Origin: Mobula hypostoma
Lineage: Eukaryota
NCBI RefSeq assembly: GCF_963921235.1
Contig: NC_086097.1
Coordinates: forward strand, 176,020,001 to 176,084,000
DNA length: 64,000 nt
Direction of reading: 5' to 3'
Both the position numbers and the translations under genes were made by a program. Within the stretch, counting starts at the first letter, position 1, and the number at the start of each line of letters is the position of its first letter. This document shows, piece after piece, positions 1 through 10,853 of this stretch. Under the pieces are notes generated by a model. The model saw only the letters and a list, made by a program, of their open reading frames with translations. It was not told the origin of the DNA and did not search any database.

Positions 1-150
1 GAGCTTGCAATGTGCTGAATGCCCTACAACACAACCTAATATGGTGCTGCTAGTCACCAAGCCACAGTTCATTATTTTCACACCCATGGATTCCTGATTT
101 ACCATTATACTCAGTCTTCTCCATTATAATAGCAGCCTCATGAGTGGTAA

Positions 151-256
151 TAAGACCATAAGATATAGGAACAGAATTAGGCCATTTGGCCCATCGAGAC
201 TGCTCTGCCATTTCATCATGGTGGATTCATTTTTTCCCCTCAGCCCCAGTCTCCCC
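151..256 (-). mobile_element. CR1-type LINE 3' tail fragment
   Basis: taagaccataaga...gaattaggccatttggcccatcgag matches the CR1 3' ends at about 43176 and 51420. Confidence 0.7.
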
Positions 257-258
257 CT

Positions 259-708
259 CCCCCCCATATGACAATACTACAATACTTCTCCCCATGTGAC
301 AATACCTTCCCATATGACAATATCACAATATCTCCCCCATGTGACAATACTACAATACCTCCCCCATGTGACAATACTGCAATACCTCCCCCATGTGACA
401 ATACTACAATATCTCCCCCATGTGACAATAATGCAATACCTCCCCCATGTGACAATACTACAATATCTCCCCCATGTGACAATACTACAATACCTCCCCT
501 ATGTGACAATACTGCAATACCTCCCCCATGTGACAATACTACAATACCTCCCCCATGTGACAATACTACAATATCTCCCCCATGTGACAATACTACAATA
601 CCTCCCCTATGTGACAATACTACAATACCTCTCCCCATGTGACAATACTGCAATACCTCCCCCCATGTGACAATATTACAATATCTCCCCACACACGTGA
701 CAATATTA
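259..708. repeat. 27-bp minisatellite (CCCCCATGTGACAATACTACAATACCT), about 17 copies
   Basis: Direct tandem units with a few recurring variants (TAC/TGC, ACCT/ATCT, CCCCC/CCCCT). Confidence 0.95.
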
Positions 709-769
709 AACAAATACTATATTTTCTTCAAGTTTTTCCTCCATGAACCTCAGATACAAAGAAAAGGCA

Positions 770-1560
770 AAACAAGACAGAAGAACTGGTCATTAACTTC
801 AGGAGGCAGGACTGAGTACTGATCCCATCTGTGTCATTAATGCTGAGACAGAGCTGGTTGTGAGCTGCAGTTTCGAAGGTGTAAATATCACCAATAGCTT
901 CCCTTGGCCCAACCCTGCAGATTCTATAACTAAGAAAGTGCACGAGTGTCACTATTTCCTCAGGAAGCCAAGGGAAGTTAGTATGTCCCTAATGACCCAA
1001 CGATTACAGATATACCATGGAAAGCATCCTATCCAGATGCATCACAGCTTGGTACGGCATCTGTCCTGCCCAAGACTGCAAGAAATTGCAGATATAACCC
1101 AGTCCATCATGAACACCGACCACTGATTGTCTATATTTCTCACTGCCTTTCGAAAGTAGCTAACATAATCATAGACTTTTCCCTACCCCATCAGACAGGA
1201 GATCCAAATGCATGAGAACAAACAGGACAGCTTTTTACCCGTTATCAAACTCTTGAATGGATTCCCAGTATAATAAAGATGAACTCTTGATCTCAATCTG
1301 CCTTGTCAAGGCCCCTGCCACCTTATTGTATACCTGTAATGCACTTTATAATTGTCACATCGTATTCTGCATTCTCTTTTCTCTTTGTTTTATGGATGTC
1401 TGTGAAGAGTAAGAATTTCAGGTTGTATACTGCTTACACTCTGATATTAAATTGAACCATTTTGTATTACCTCAATATATTATATATTGAATGATCCACC
1501 TGAATGGCATGCCAAGCAAAAATATTCATCTTACCTTGGTACACGTGACAATAATAAACC
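770..1560 (+). mobile_element. Degenerate Rex1/Babar-like LINE 3' fragment
   Basis: Decayed NKT.ELVI.FR and YFLRK motifs; ends in gtacacgtgacaataataaacc. Confidence 0.6.
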
Positions 1561-2266
1561 AAGTACTAATCCCCGTTGCCAAATTTAGAACATTGCTGTT
1601 TCACTTCTCATCCATTTCTACAAGATAAATGCAACTTGCACTTGTATAAAATTGTACTATGCAAAGGCATTTCCCATTGGGCTAGCTGATGCTAGGAATA
1701 GTAACAACAATAAAATTCTCTTTCTAAAGTCCATTTTCATCTGGACAAAAGTGAACCATGATCCAGGATTCTTGATTTTATGAAATGGCGTGGCTAGCCA
1801 GTGAGAATTGTTAATCATTGACATTATGTGACACATTAAAGAGGTTTTACAGGCAGGCACCTTTACTTTCTTAGAAGGTTTCTTGCGGCCATTATGCAGG
1901 AGGTACAAGAGCATGAGGTTCCACAGCAACAGGTTCAGGAGCAATAATTTCTCTTAAACCATTTGCTTCTTGAACCAATGAGCACAACCCTAATCGTATT
2001 TCAGTACGGCAACACCAGGACCACTTTGCGCTAAAACGGATTTTTAAAACAATGGTTGTAATTGTTTTCTTTCTTGCATATGTTTTCCGTGAATGATGCT
2101 CATCTGATGCTACAAGTCTATGATGCTTTTGTAAGCTTTTCATTGCACCTGGGCATTTATGTACTGTGCATATGACAATAAACTCTACTTCGTCTGGACT
2201 TGACCAGGATTAACATTCAATATAGGCAGTCCTATTCCAGAGGAGGACCCAGTGATTGAAACTTAC

Positions 2267-2422
2267 CGTAAACTTTGGAGTTTTTTCACGATCCACTTCT
2301 CCTGTGATATTTAAATCGCCATTTTGATGATCAATCACAAACAAGCCGACTGGAGGCCTGTCTGCCCCTGGGCCGCTGATTGTGTAGGTCAATTTTCCAA
2401 CACGATCAATGTCAGAGGCAAT
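2267..2422 (-). CDS. Cadherin exon 5 (EC1: IASDIDRVGKLTYTISGPGADRPPVGLFVIDHQNGDLNITGEVDREKTPKFT)
   Basis: Acceptor tctttctttag|ATT, donor ACG|gtaagt, 156 nt, phase 0-0; DRE motif; NIT sequon and VDRE.TP.F are desmoglein-like. Downstream exons lie outside the window. Confidence 0.95.
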
Positions 2423-2864
2423 CTAAAGAAAGAGTAGATTTGTTACAGTTAATACAGTATATGAATGATTGACCACCAGAAAAGGAATTGTATCATTTTC
2501 ACATTTTGTAAAATCCAAATTTGTTAACTATCTCTTCCTCCTTACCCTTCACAACCTCTTCCCTCACACCAGTGCATAGCTACCCCAAATCAGCACATTG
2601 TGTGCTTGAAGTTCTGTTCCCTCCCATACAAAAAAAATCAATGATTCTAATACCTTCCAAGCCCACGTGAACACACACACAAAGCAGAAAGACGTGCAAA
2701 TAGAAACACACAGCCACATTTAGATCCAGACAGACAAGTAAACAGAGATATGTACAGTATACAAAGAGACTGAGAGATACACAGGCACAGACATATAGAA
2801 TACATAGACAGGCACACACACAGGAATGCTTGCCTTCATTGAGTACAAGAATAAGAAAGTCACT

Positions 2865-3390
2865 TTGCTGCTGCATGAAGTTTTGGTTAAGCTGCCCTTG
2901 GAGTATTATGTCCAGTTCTGGTCAGCCCATTATAGGAAGAATGTGGAAGCTTTGGAAAGGGCACAATAAATTTACCAGGATACTGCCTTAATTAGAGGAA
3001 AGGTTGCTCCCACAGGAGCAGTGGCTGAGGGAAGACCTGATAAAAATGCGAGGAGCATACCCAGTAGCTTCCCCCCCCCGCCCTCATAATCATAAACGTG
3101 AAGTACTAGAGGACAACACTTACGATGAGAGGGTGGAAGTTTAAAGGAGATGTGCGGGGCAAAGTTTTGTTTTTACAGAGTGATAGGTGCCTGGGATGGG
3201 TTGCCAGGGATGGTTGTAGAAGCAAACACGATAGTGGTGTTTATGAGTGTGTTAGATAAGACACACAGATATACAGGAAATGGAGGGATATGGATTACGA
3301 ACAGGCAGAGGAGATCTAATTTAATTTGACATTGTTTTTGGAACAAACATTGTGAACGGAAGGACCTGCTACTGTGCTGTTCTGTGTTCA
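2865..3390 (+). mobile_element. Degenerate CR1 LINE 3' fragment
   Basis: LEYYVQFWS-like and FFTQRV-like remnants shared with other CR1 copies in the window. Confidence 0.75.
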
Positions 3391-3462
3391 ATGTTAATTA
3401 GTTCAAAACTGGAGCGTTTCTCTCCATGATAGTTTGCTCAGCCAACAAAGGTTCCTTTAGTT

Positions 3463-3543
3463 CAGAGTTACCCAACTTGTTTTTATGCCATGGACCCCTG
3501 TCATTAACCGAGGGCTCTGCGGACCCCGGGTTGGGAACCCCTG
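3463..3543. mobile_element. About 80 bp hAT-type MITE
   Basis: Imperfect TIRs CAGAGTTACCCAAC...GTTGGGAACCCCTG, similar to the hAT termini at 24519/25656; no clear TSD. Confidence 0.6.
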
Positions 3544-3544
3544 T

Positions 3545-4405
3545 CAGCAATCACATGTTTAAAGTGCACCATTTTCCCCAGGAGTTTGTTTCTGACCGAG
3601 CCCCTCAGTTTACTGAATGGTTCTGGAAGCCCTCTGTCAGGTCATTGGAGCCATGGCCAGTCTCATTGGGATTTCACCCCAGTCCAATCGGCAGACCACG
3701 AGGACCAACCAGGATCTGAAGGCGGCCTTGCTATGTCTTACTGTAAGTCAACTACTTGGATTGATCACCTGTTCTGTGCGGAGTCTGCTCATAACACTCT
3801 GCACCACTTTTCTACTTGTTTGTTTCCATTTGAGTGTCAGCTTGGTTATCCGGTTTCCGAAGCAGGAGTCCGACGTGGAGTCCCGACGGCGGAACAACTG
3901 GTCTGTTGTGGCCAGCAGAAGTGAAGGAACAATCATGCAGAAGTCCCCTCTGTCAGAACAGTGGCAAGCCAACTGTCTGAGGCGGCTGGGTCCTTTGTTC
4001 TGTTCTAGTCAAAGGCTGTGGCTCTCCAAAGATGTTCCTCTGTGGGTGGTCTTGGTACTAGGGTCTCACCACATTCAATGTTCTCTGCCGGATCATTCCA
4101 GTTACTTACTTTCTCTATTGCCACACTCCATGTATATCAATCCCACTTTACATGATTTCTGTCCAAAAACCCCTTTTGCACAGTCTGCTGGCATCAGTTC
4201 TGAGATAGACTTCAGCCAGCTTCTGGACTCCTATCTGATTTATGGCCTGCTCCACAGCTTGGTGGATTAGGAGGGTTGTGGCCTAGAGGAAAATTTGTTG
4301 GTTCCCTTCCATGACATCCTGGCTCTGGACTTGATCATAGACATCCACAGTTGCCACCTGGATTGCCCTGGGCCTTCAGGCACTGACTGTGGTGGTGGTG
4401 GTTGA
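3545..4405 (+). mobile_element. Decayed Ty3/Gypsy (chromovirus-type) integrase plus chromodomain
   Basis: VSDRAPQFT, PQSNRQT.RTNQ and AHNTL...PFECQLGY integrase motifs across frameshifts; C-terminal LVD*EGCGLEE..VP..DIL chromodomain-like string followed by a G-rich tract. Confidence 0.8.
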
Positions 4406-4489
4406 GGCAGAGGAAGGGTGTACCGTTATGCTTAGTCTGAACACATGGGGGGAGTGCAAGAGTGTGGCAAACTTGCACCATTGTCAGAG

Positions 4490-5719
4490 TAAACACAAGG
4501 AATTCAGCAGATGCTGGAAATTCAAGCAACACACATCAAAGTTGCTGGTGAACGCAGCAGGCCAGGCAGCATCTCTAGGAAGAGGTACAGTCGACGTTTT
4601 GGGCCGAGACCCTTCTTCAGGACTAACTGAAGGAAGAGTTAGTAAGAGATTTGAAAGTGGGAGGGGGAGGGGGAGATCCAAAATGATAGGAGAAGACAGG
4701 AGGGGGAGGGATGGAGCCAAGAGCTGGACAGGTGATTGGCAAAAAGGATATGAGAGGATCATGGGACAGGAGGTCCGGGGAGAAGGAAAAGGGGGAGGGG
4801 GGGAAACCCAGAGGATGGGCAAGGGGTATAGTCAGAGGAACAGAGGGAGAAAAAGGAGAGTGAGAGAAAGAATGTGTGTATATAAATAAATAACGGATGG
4901 GGTACGAGGGGGAGGTGGGGCATTAGCGGAAGTTAGAGAAGTCGACGTTCATGCCATCAGGTTGGAGGCTATCCAGACGGAATATAAGGTGTTGTTCCTC
5001 CAACCTGAGTGTGGCTTCATCTTTACAGTAGAGGAGGCCGTGGATAGACATATCAGAATGGGAATGGGATGTGGAATTAAAATGTGTGGCCACTGGGAGA
5101 TCCTGCTTTCTCTGGCGGACAGAGCGTAGGTGTTCAGCAAAGCGGTCTCCCAGTCTGCGTCGGGTCTCGCCAATATATAGAAGGCCACATTGGCATCATC
5201 GGACGTGGTATATCACCCCAGCCGACTCACAGGTGAAGTGTCGCTCACCTGGAAGGACTGTCTGGGGCCCTAAATGGTGGTAAGGGAGGAAGTATAAGGG
5301 CATGTGTATCACTTGTTCCGCTTACAAGGATAAATGCCAGGAGGGAGATCAGTGGGGAGGGATGGGGGGGACGAATGGACAAGGGAGTCGTGTAGGGAGC
5401 GATCTCTGTGGAAAGCGGGGGGGGGAGGGAAAGATGTGCTTAGTGGTGGGATCCCGTTGGAGGTGGTGGAAGTTACGGAGAATAATACGTTGGACCCGGA
5501 GGCTGGTGGGGTGGTAGGTGAGGACCAGGGGAACCCTATTCCTAGTGGGGTGACGGGAGGATGGAGTGAGAGCAGACGTGCATGAAATGGGGGAGATGCG
5601 TTTGAGAGCAGAGTTGATGGTGGAGGAAGGGAAGCCCCTTTGTTTAAAAAAGGAGGACATCTCCCTCGTCCTGGAATGAAAAGCCTCATCCTGAGAGCAG
5701 ATGCGGCGGAGACGGAGGC
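4490..5719 (-). mobile_element. Penelope-like element, 5'-truncated (RT C-terminus, Cys-rich linker, GIY-YIG endonuclease, pLTR)
   Basis: LRLRRICSQDEAF, RGFPSSTI, RVPLVLTYHP and LLYIGETRRRLGDRFAEH motifs; highly similar to 27865-29150. Confidence 0.9.
4589..4624 (-). ncRNA. Minimal type I hammerhead ribozyme motif in Penelope pLTR (G12 mutated)
   Basis: AGTC-CTGAAGA-A-GGGT-CTCG-GCCC-AAAAC-GTC-GACT: stems I and II pair; the GAAA core reads AAAA. Confidence 0.7.
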
Positions 5720-5949
5720 TCCATTGTCAGAGGCTCTTTCACAACTGCTGGCAACAAGGAATATTTTTACAAATTGTGGAATGCACTGAATGGAACATCA
5801 CAAGGCAAATTTTATTGTGTGAGGGAGGTGATTCAGAGGTACAGCTACAAGAGCTGCTACCTCACAGACCCAGTTATCCCAGGATCAGTCTTGACCTCAG
5901 GTGATACCATGTGGGTTTCCTCCCGGTGCTTCGGTTACCTACACAAGGC

Positions 5950-6390
5950 TCTTAACCCTTCATATACCTATCCAAATGCATCTCAAATGTTCCAGTTGTA
6001 TCCACCTCTGCCAGTTCATCCCAGCTGTTCTGAACCCTTTGTGTAAGGAGGTGACCTCTCACCCTTCTTCCTGAATCTACGCCCTCTCTAGCTTTGGACT
6101 CCCCAGCCCCGGGGAAAAGGCTATCACCATCTGCCTTAGCCATACCCTCACAATTTTATAAACTTTTGTGTCCTCACCTCTCATTTTCCTACACACAAAG
6201 GAATAAAGATCCAGTGTATCCTACCTTTCCCTGTAACTCAAGCCCTCTGGTCCTGGCTGCAACCTGGCAAATCAGCTCTGCACTCTCTTCATCTTGATAA
6301 ATGTCATTCTTAGCACACGGTGACTAAAACTGTACAAAGTACTCCAAGTGAGGTTTCACCAATGACTCATATACGTGTAACATGATGTTC
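5950..6390 (-). mobile_element. Degenerate CR1 3' fragment
   Basis: TQRV..W..L and LDRYM remnants. Confidence 0.7.
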
Positions 6391-6507
6391 CTATTCCCAA
6401 ACTTTATGTTTATTGGAACTTATGGTTTTTATTTTTTTGTTACAGCCCCATTGGCACAAAAAAATAAATTTTGGCCACAAGACATCAGAGCAGAATTAAG
6501 CCATTTG

Positions 6508-7051
6508 CAGATATCCCACCTCTCCTGGAAGTTCCGGGAGTCTCCCACATATTAATAGTGGCTCCCTGATGCCCGCAAATTATATGCAATATTACGGAAA
6601 TCAATTTTTTGAGAGTGAGTGAGAGAAAGCAAGAGAGAGCGCAAGAGCAACCACGAGAGAGAGAGAGCTTGAGCGAGAGAGAGAGAGAGAGAGCGCGCCA
6701 TGGCAGAGTGTTTCAAAAAAAGAAAATATAAAACGTACGTCTCCCCAGACTACACTAAAGTGTACCCCTGCCTAACAGGGGTCAAAATAATGACAGTGTT
6801 GCTCACTGCACTGTTTGCAACAGTGACTTTTCTATTGCCCATGGTGGGTTAAGACTGTAAAAGACATGTTGAGGTGAGTTTAACATGTGTCATTCGTTCA
6901 TTAGCATGGCTAACGTTATTTAAACTAGCTGGCTAGCTGCTAAGGAGCTACTCTATTGCAGATATCCCACCTCTCCCGGAAGTTCCAGGAGTCTCCCGCA
7001 AATTGATGGTGCTACCTCCCTGAAATGAGTTTTTGCAGGGTGGGATGTCTG
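6508..7051. mobile_element. Non-autonomous TIR DNA element (544 bp) inserted in a CR1 tail
   Basis: TIRs CAGATATCCCACC / GGTGGGATGTCTG; interrupts gcagaattaagccatttg...gcccattgagtctgct; imperfect duplication CATTTG/TATTTG; internal (GA)n. Confidence 0.75.
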
Positions 7052-7315
7052 TATTTGGCCCATTGAGTCTGCTCCACCATTCCATCATGGCTGATTTATT
7101 ATCCCTCTCAACCTAATTCTTCTCCCTTTCCCCCTGTAACCTTGGCCTCCACAGCCATCAACACCATCGAATTCCACAGATTCATCTGAAGAAATTCCTC
7201 CTGCGACTCTGATTCCGGACTGAGTGGCCTGACAGAATGGTGGTGGGGGGCGGGAGGTGTGGAGAAGGTTGATGACTGGTGTAACAGGCTTGTCTGTCTT
7301 CTGCCTGTGACTTAC

Positions 7316-7447
7316 AGAACCAATAGGGTGGTTCGGCGGTGGCTCATGCTCCCTCACGTCGAGTGGTGGAATGATCCATTCTCTCTTCTGTCGTCTGAAA
7401 TGGTTAGCCTTTCGGAAATAGATTCTGGGATGCTCAGTTTTCAAAAC
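7316..7447 (-). CDS. Cadherin exon 4 (furin site RRQKR, mature N-terminus EWIIPPLDVRE)
   Basis: Acceptor ttctgttgcag|GTT, donor TCT|gtaagt, 132 nt, phase 0-0; Trp2 strand-swap residue and Ca-binding Glu11 present. Confidence 0.95.
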
Positions 7448-8049
7448 CTGCAACAGAATTAAGCATGTTACAGAAGCACAGAACGTTCTCATTTGTGCCA
7501 GTGTGAAGGTGAAGCTGCATCTTAAACCTTGCCCTTTTCATCTATACCCCTACGGTTTCTTCCTTCTCAGATGGTATGTTGGTAAATTTGTTTATCATCG
7601 TATGTACTGAGGTCCAGTGGAAAACCATTTTGTAAGCTATCCATACAGATCGTAGCAACAGAGCACTACAGCACAGAAATAGGCCCTTCAGCCCCCTTAC
7701 TCTGTGCTAGCTGGTCTATTAGGACTGTAACATTCCAAAGCTCTCATCCATGTGCGTGCCCATCCAAACTTCTCTGAGATGGTACAATTGAATTTGTGAC
7801 ATTGGTGCATTGAGGTAGTGCACAGGAGAAACAGAATATTAATGCAGAATAAAGTGTTACATTTACAGAGAAAGTGTAGTGCAGGTAGACAATAAGGGGC
7901 AAGGTCATGACAAGATAGATCATGAGGTTGAGAGTCCATCTTATCATTTCAGAGTCTATTAATAGTGGGAGAGAAGTTGTCCTTGAGACCAGAGGTAGGC
8001 ACATGCTATATCTTTTGTATCTTTGGCCACAGGGACACACTGGTTCACC

Positions 8050-8215
8050 ATATGTGGTACAGTGGCTTCCTGGCATCCGAGACCAGGGTTCGATCCTAAC
8101 TTTCAGTGCTGTCTGTGCAGAGTTTGCACACCTTTACTGTGAGGTTACTCCTGGAAGTGCTGGTTTCCTCCCACATTCCAAAGTAGTGTTAGTTGGCTAC
8201 TGCAAATTGTCCCCA
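8050..8215 (+). mobile_element. tRNA-derived V-SINE (HE1-like), degenerate
   Basis: B-box GGTTCGATCC followed by V-domain-like gtctgtgcagagtttgcac...ggtttcctcccacattccaaag. Confidence 0.7.
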
Positions 8216-8810
8216 AGTTGATAAAATCAGGAAGGAGGGGGGTGGATTGAAGGTGTTTGATGAAATGAAGGGGAAAATTTTTAAAAAGTGGTTCATGTAG
8301 TGTTACAGATTAGAAGTTTGGTGCTTGCTTGTATCTGTGATGTATGACTCCAAAAGACACAAAGAACAAAAAAAAACATGAACCCAAGTGTGATCACAAG
8401 CACTATTCCCACTGTAACCAAGACTGGAGGACGTACAGTTTTACAGTCATAGATTCATAGTCATACTGCATAGAAACAGAATTAGAAACAGGTCTACAGC
8501 CCCATCGTTGACTACGAGGCTTACTTACGCTCGTCTAATTTGCCCACGTTTACACTCGTATTCCTTTAATCCTTTCCTATCGACATACTTATCCTATTGT
8601 TATTACACCAGTCTTACCCACTTTCTATAGCACCTGATTCCATCCATGCACCACCCTCCATGTATGCCTCTCAGATCCCTTTTAAATCTTTCCCCTCTTA
8701 TCTTAAATGTATGCCCTCTAGTTCTTGACGCTCTTTCCCTGGGAAAAAGTCCTTGTGCTTTCAGAGTGTATATGCTTTGCAAATAAACCTGATTAATTGG
8801 TATCTCTTAC

Positions 8811-9022
8811 CGTCTTTGATTGGTTTGCAAAGGACACTAACTGGATAGGAACTTCCCATTTCTCATGCGTCTTTAAGTCCTTTGCCACAACTTGGAAGTA
8901 ATACTTCGATTTGATGTGTTGGGTACGGGTTGCATATACCCTGCCATCAGAATGGATTCCAAAATTGACATCATTGGTACGCATCCTGATGTGGTCTCCC
9001 AAATTACAATGGTAAAATTCCA
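8811..9022 (-). CDS. Cadherin exon 3 (prodomain core: VEFYHC...NDVNFGIHSDGRVYATR...FQVVAKDLKTHEKWEVPIQL...QSKT)
   Basis: Acceptor aaattccag|TG, donor ACG|gtaaga, 212 nt, phase 1 to 0; F.I..DG.VYA.R and A.D..T.EKW.V motifs of the cadherin prodomain. Confidence 0.92.
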
Positions 9023-9608
9023 CTGGAATTTCAAAAACAGCCATTCAATGTGGTAAAGAAGAACATTCAACAGTACAGCCATGTCAGGCCCTTTAGCCCA
9101 CAATATCTGTGCAGAGCATGATGCTAAATTAAATTCATCACTTCTGCCCATGTCCCCCCATTCTTTGCATATTCATGCAACCATCTCTGTACGTCTTGAA
9201 CACCTCCATTACCTCTGCTTCTACCACCACCTACCCTGGTAGCACATTGCAGGTACCCACCATCCTCTATAGAACAACTCACCCCACACATCTCCCTCAA
9301 AATTACCCCTCCCAGCTTAAAGCTATGCACTATGGTATTAGACACTTCCACCCGGGAGAAAGGAGTCTCACTGACTACCCTATTTATGGCTCTCCATTTT
9401 ATAAACTTCTACCAAGTCTCCCCTTACCTCTGCCAAACCAGTCACAAATTTGTCCACCCTCTCCTTGTACCTCATACCCCTGAATCCAGGCAGCATCCTG
9501 ATAAATCTCTTCTGCATCCCTTCCTAAGCTTCTACATCCTTCCTATAATGGCCTGCATCCAGGGTATAAACACAAGTTAACACCAAGAATTATTACAATT
9601 AACATTAC

Positions 9609-9711
9609 CTTTAAGTACAACATTCCCCTTTAACAGCTTTGGAGGAACTATGGCCTCAAACTGGTGTTTTGCAAACATTTTCTTGCAGCATTGTCCAGTT
9701 TGAGAACACAC
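9609..9711 (-). CDS. Cadherin exon 2 (end of signal peptide and start of prodomain: VCSQTGQCCKKMFAKHQFEAIVPPKLLKGNVVLK)
   Basis: Acceptor ttccattgtaccattccag|GTG, donor AAAG|gtaatg, 103 nt, phase 0 to 1; pattern resembles classical cadherin and desmocollin exon 2. Confidence 0.88.
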
Positions 9712-10784
9712 CTGGAATGGTACAATGGAAAAATTTATTAAATAAACAACTGTAATGCAAAGTTATGATGTCAAGAATTGTATTGACATTGTGAATTAAC
9801 GACAAAAGGTACTACCCAATTGCACAATTAGAAATGCAATCTCTTTTGTCAGTACTTCTCTTAATCCTAGCACCATCTGAATACCAACACTTGTTATGCT
9901 GTAACACAAAAAATGTAATAGTTCATGTATATACAAGGAGCAGCCTCAAAAAGCAATATATTAATTATTTCTTTTATTGGTGTTGATGAATGATATGCAC
10001 TGGCTCATTTTCATAGAAGGCAGCAATAGAGTGCTGCCTGAGACACCAAACAGAACTATAAACAGACAGCCCTCAGCAGTCGGTCCCTCTTTCATCCTCT
10101 GTTCTAGTCGCTGCACTAAGACTTCCACTCCCTCTGTCAAGACTGAAAAGCATGTGAACCACGAGCAGAACACAAGCAAAGAAAAACCAACGGGTCCATT
10201 TCCCTTGTCAAAAAGCGCAAGGTCTCATTTAACATCATCATTCCCCTGTTAGTTGATTCACCAACAGCTATCAAAGTCGTAGGCTTTTGGAAGTTCAAGG
10301 AGATGCAGCAGATTACAGACTTAAAACTTCTACAGATAAAAGCATGGCAGCTGATGATGAAAGCTCCAGTGCCCAGGAATGCTACAGTGTGGTGGGACTC
10401 AGCCACCATGGGTACATCTCTCCCCACCATCAAGGAATCAAGAAGCAATGCCCCAGGAAGGTGACACTCTTCATCGAGGATGCCCATCACCTTCTCACTG
10501 CTGCCATGAGGCAGCACACACCCACACCTTGATTTTCAACGACTGCTTCTTTACCACTGCCTGCTGGTTCCTGAAGTGACCTGAGAAATCCCAACACTAC
10601 TTCAGAATATATGTCTTTATCTCTCTCAACTTGCACTAGTATTGTTAAGTTTAGTTTGTTGCTCATTCTGCTATACATGTATAATTTTTGCTTATTTAAG
10701 TTGTAAACTTTGCCTGTCTTGTTTTGGAATGTGCTATGCTGCTGCTACAAAAAGCTAATTTTCGTGGCATTTACTCCCGGAGTA

Positions 10785-10853
10785 CAGCACAATGCAAAAC
10801 TCTTAGGCACATAAATATATAGCTAGGGTGCCTAAGACTTTGGCACAGTACTG
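10785..10853. mobile_element. Tc1/mariner-type palindromic mini-element
   Basis: TA-CAGCACAATGCAAAACTCTTAGGCAC...GTGCCTAAGACTTTGGCACAGTACTG inverted repeat with a 17 bp spacer. Confidence 0.65.

Noticed and set aside
240..713. Repetitive ORFs and a CRISPR-like appearance
   Set aside because: Units are contiguous with no unique spacers; ORFs arise because the 27-bp unit is a multiple of 3; eukaryotic intron with no cas genes.
728..952. LSINDT resembling the cadherin DxNDN motif of exon 6
   Set aside because: Antisense reading of the Rex-like LINE fragment; other exon 6 motifs are absent.
10040..10100. Minus-strand MKEGPTAEGCLFIVLFG as an alternative signal-peptide exon close to exon 2
   Set aside because: No convincing phase-0 donor, and the hydrophobic stretch is short; the exon at 34564-34611 fits better.
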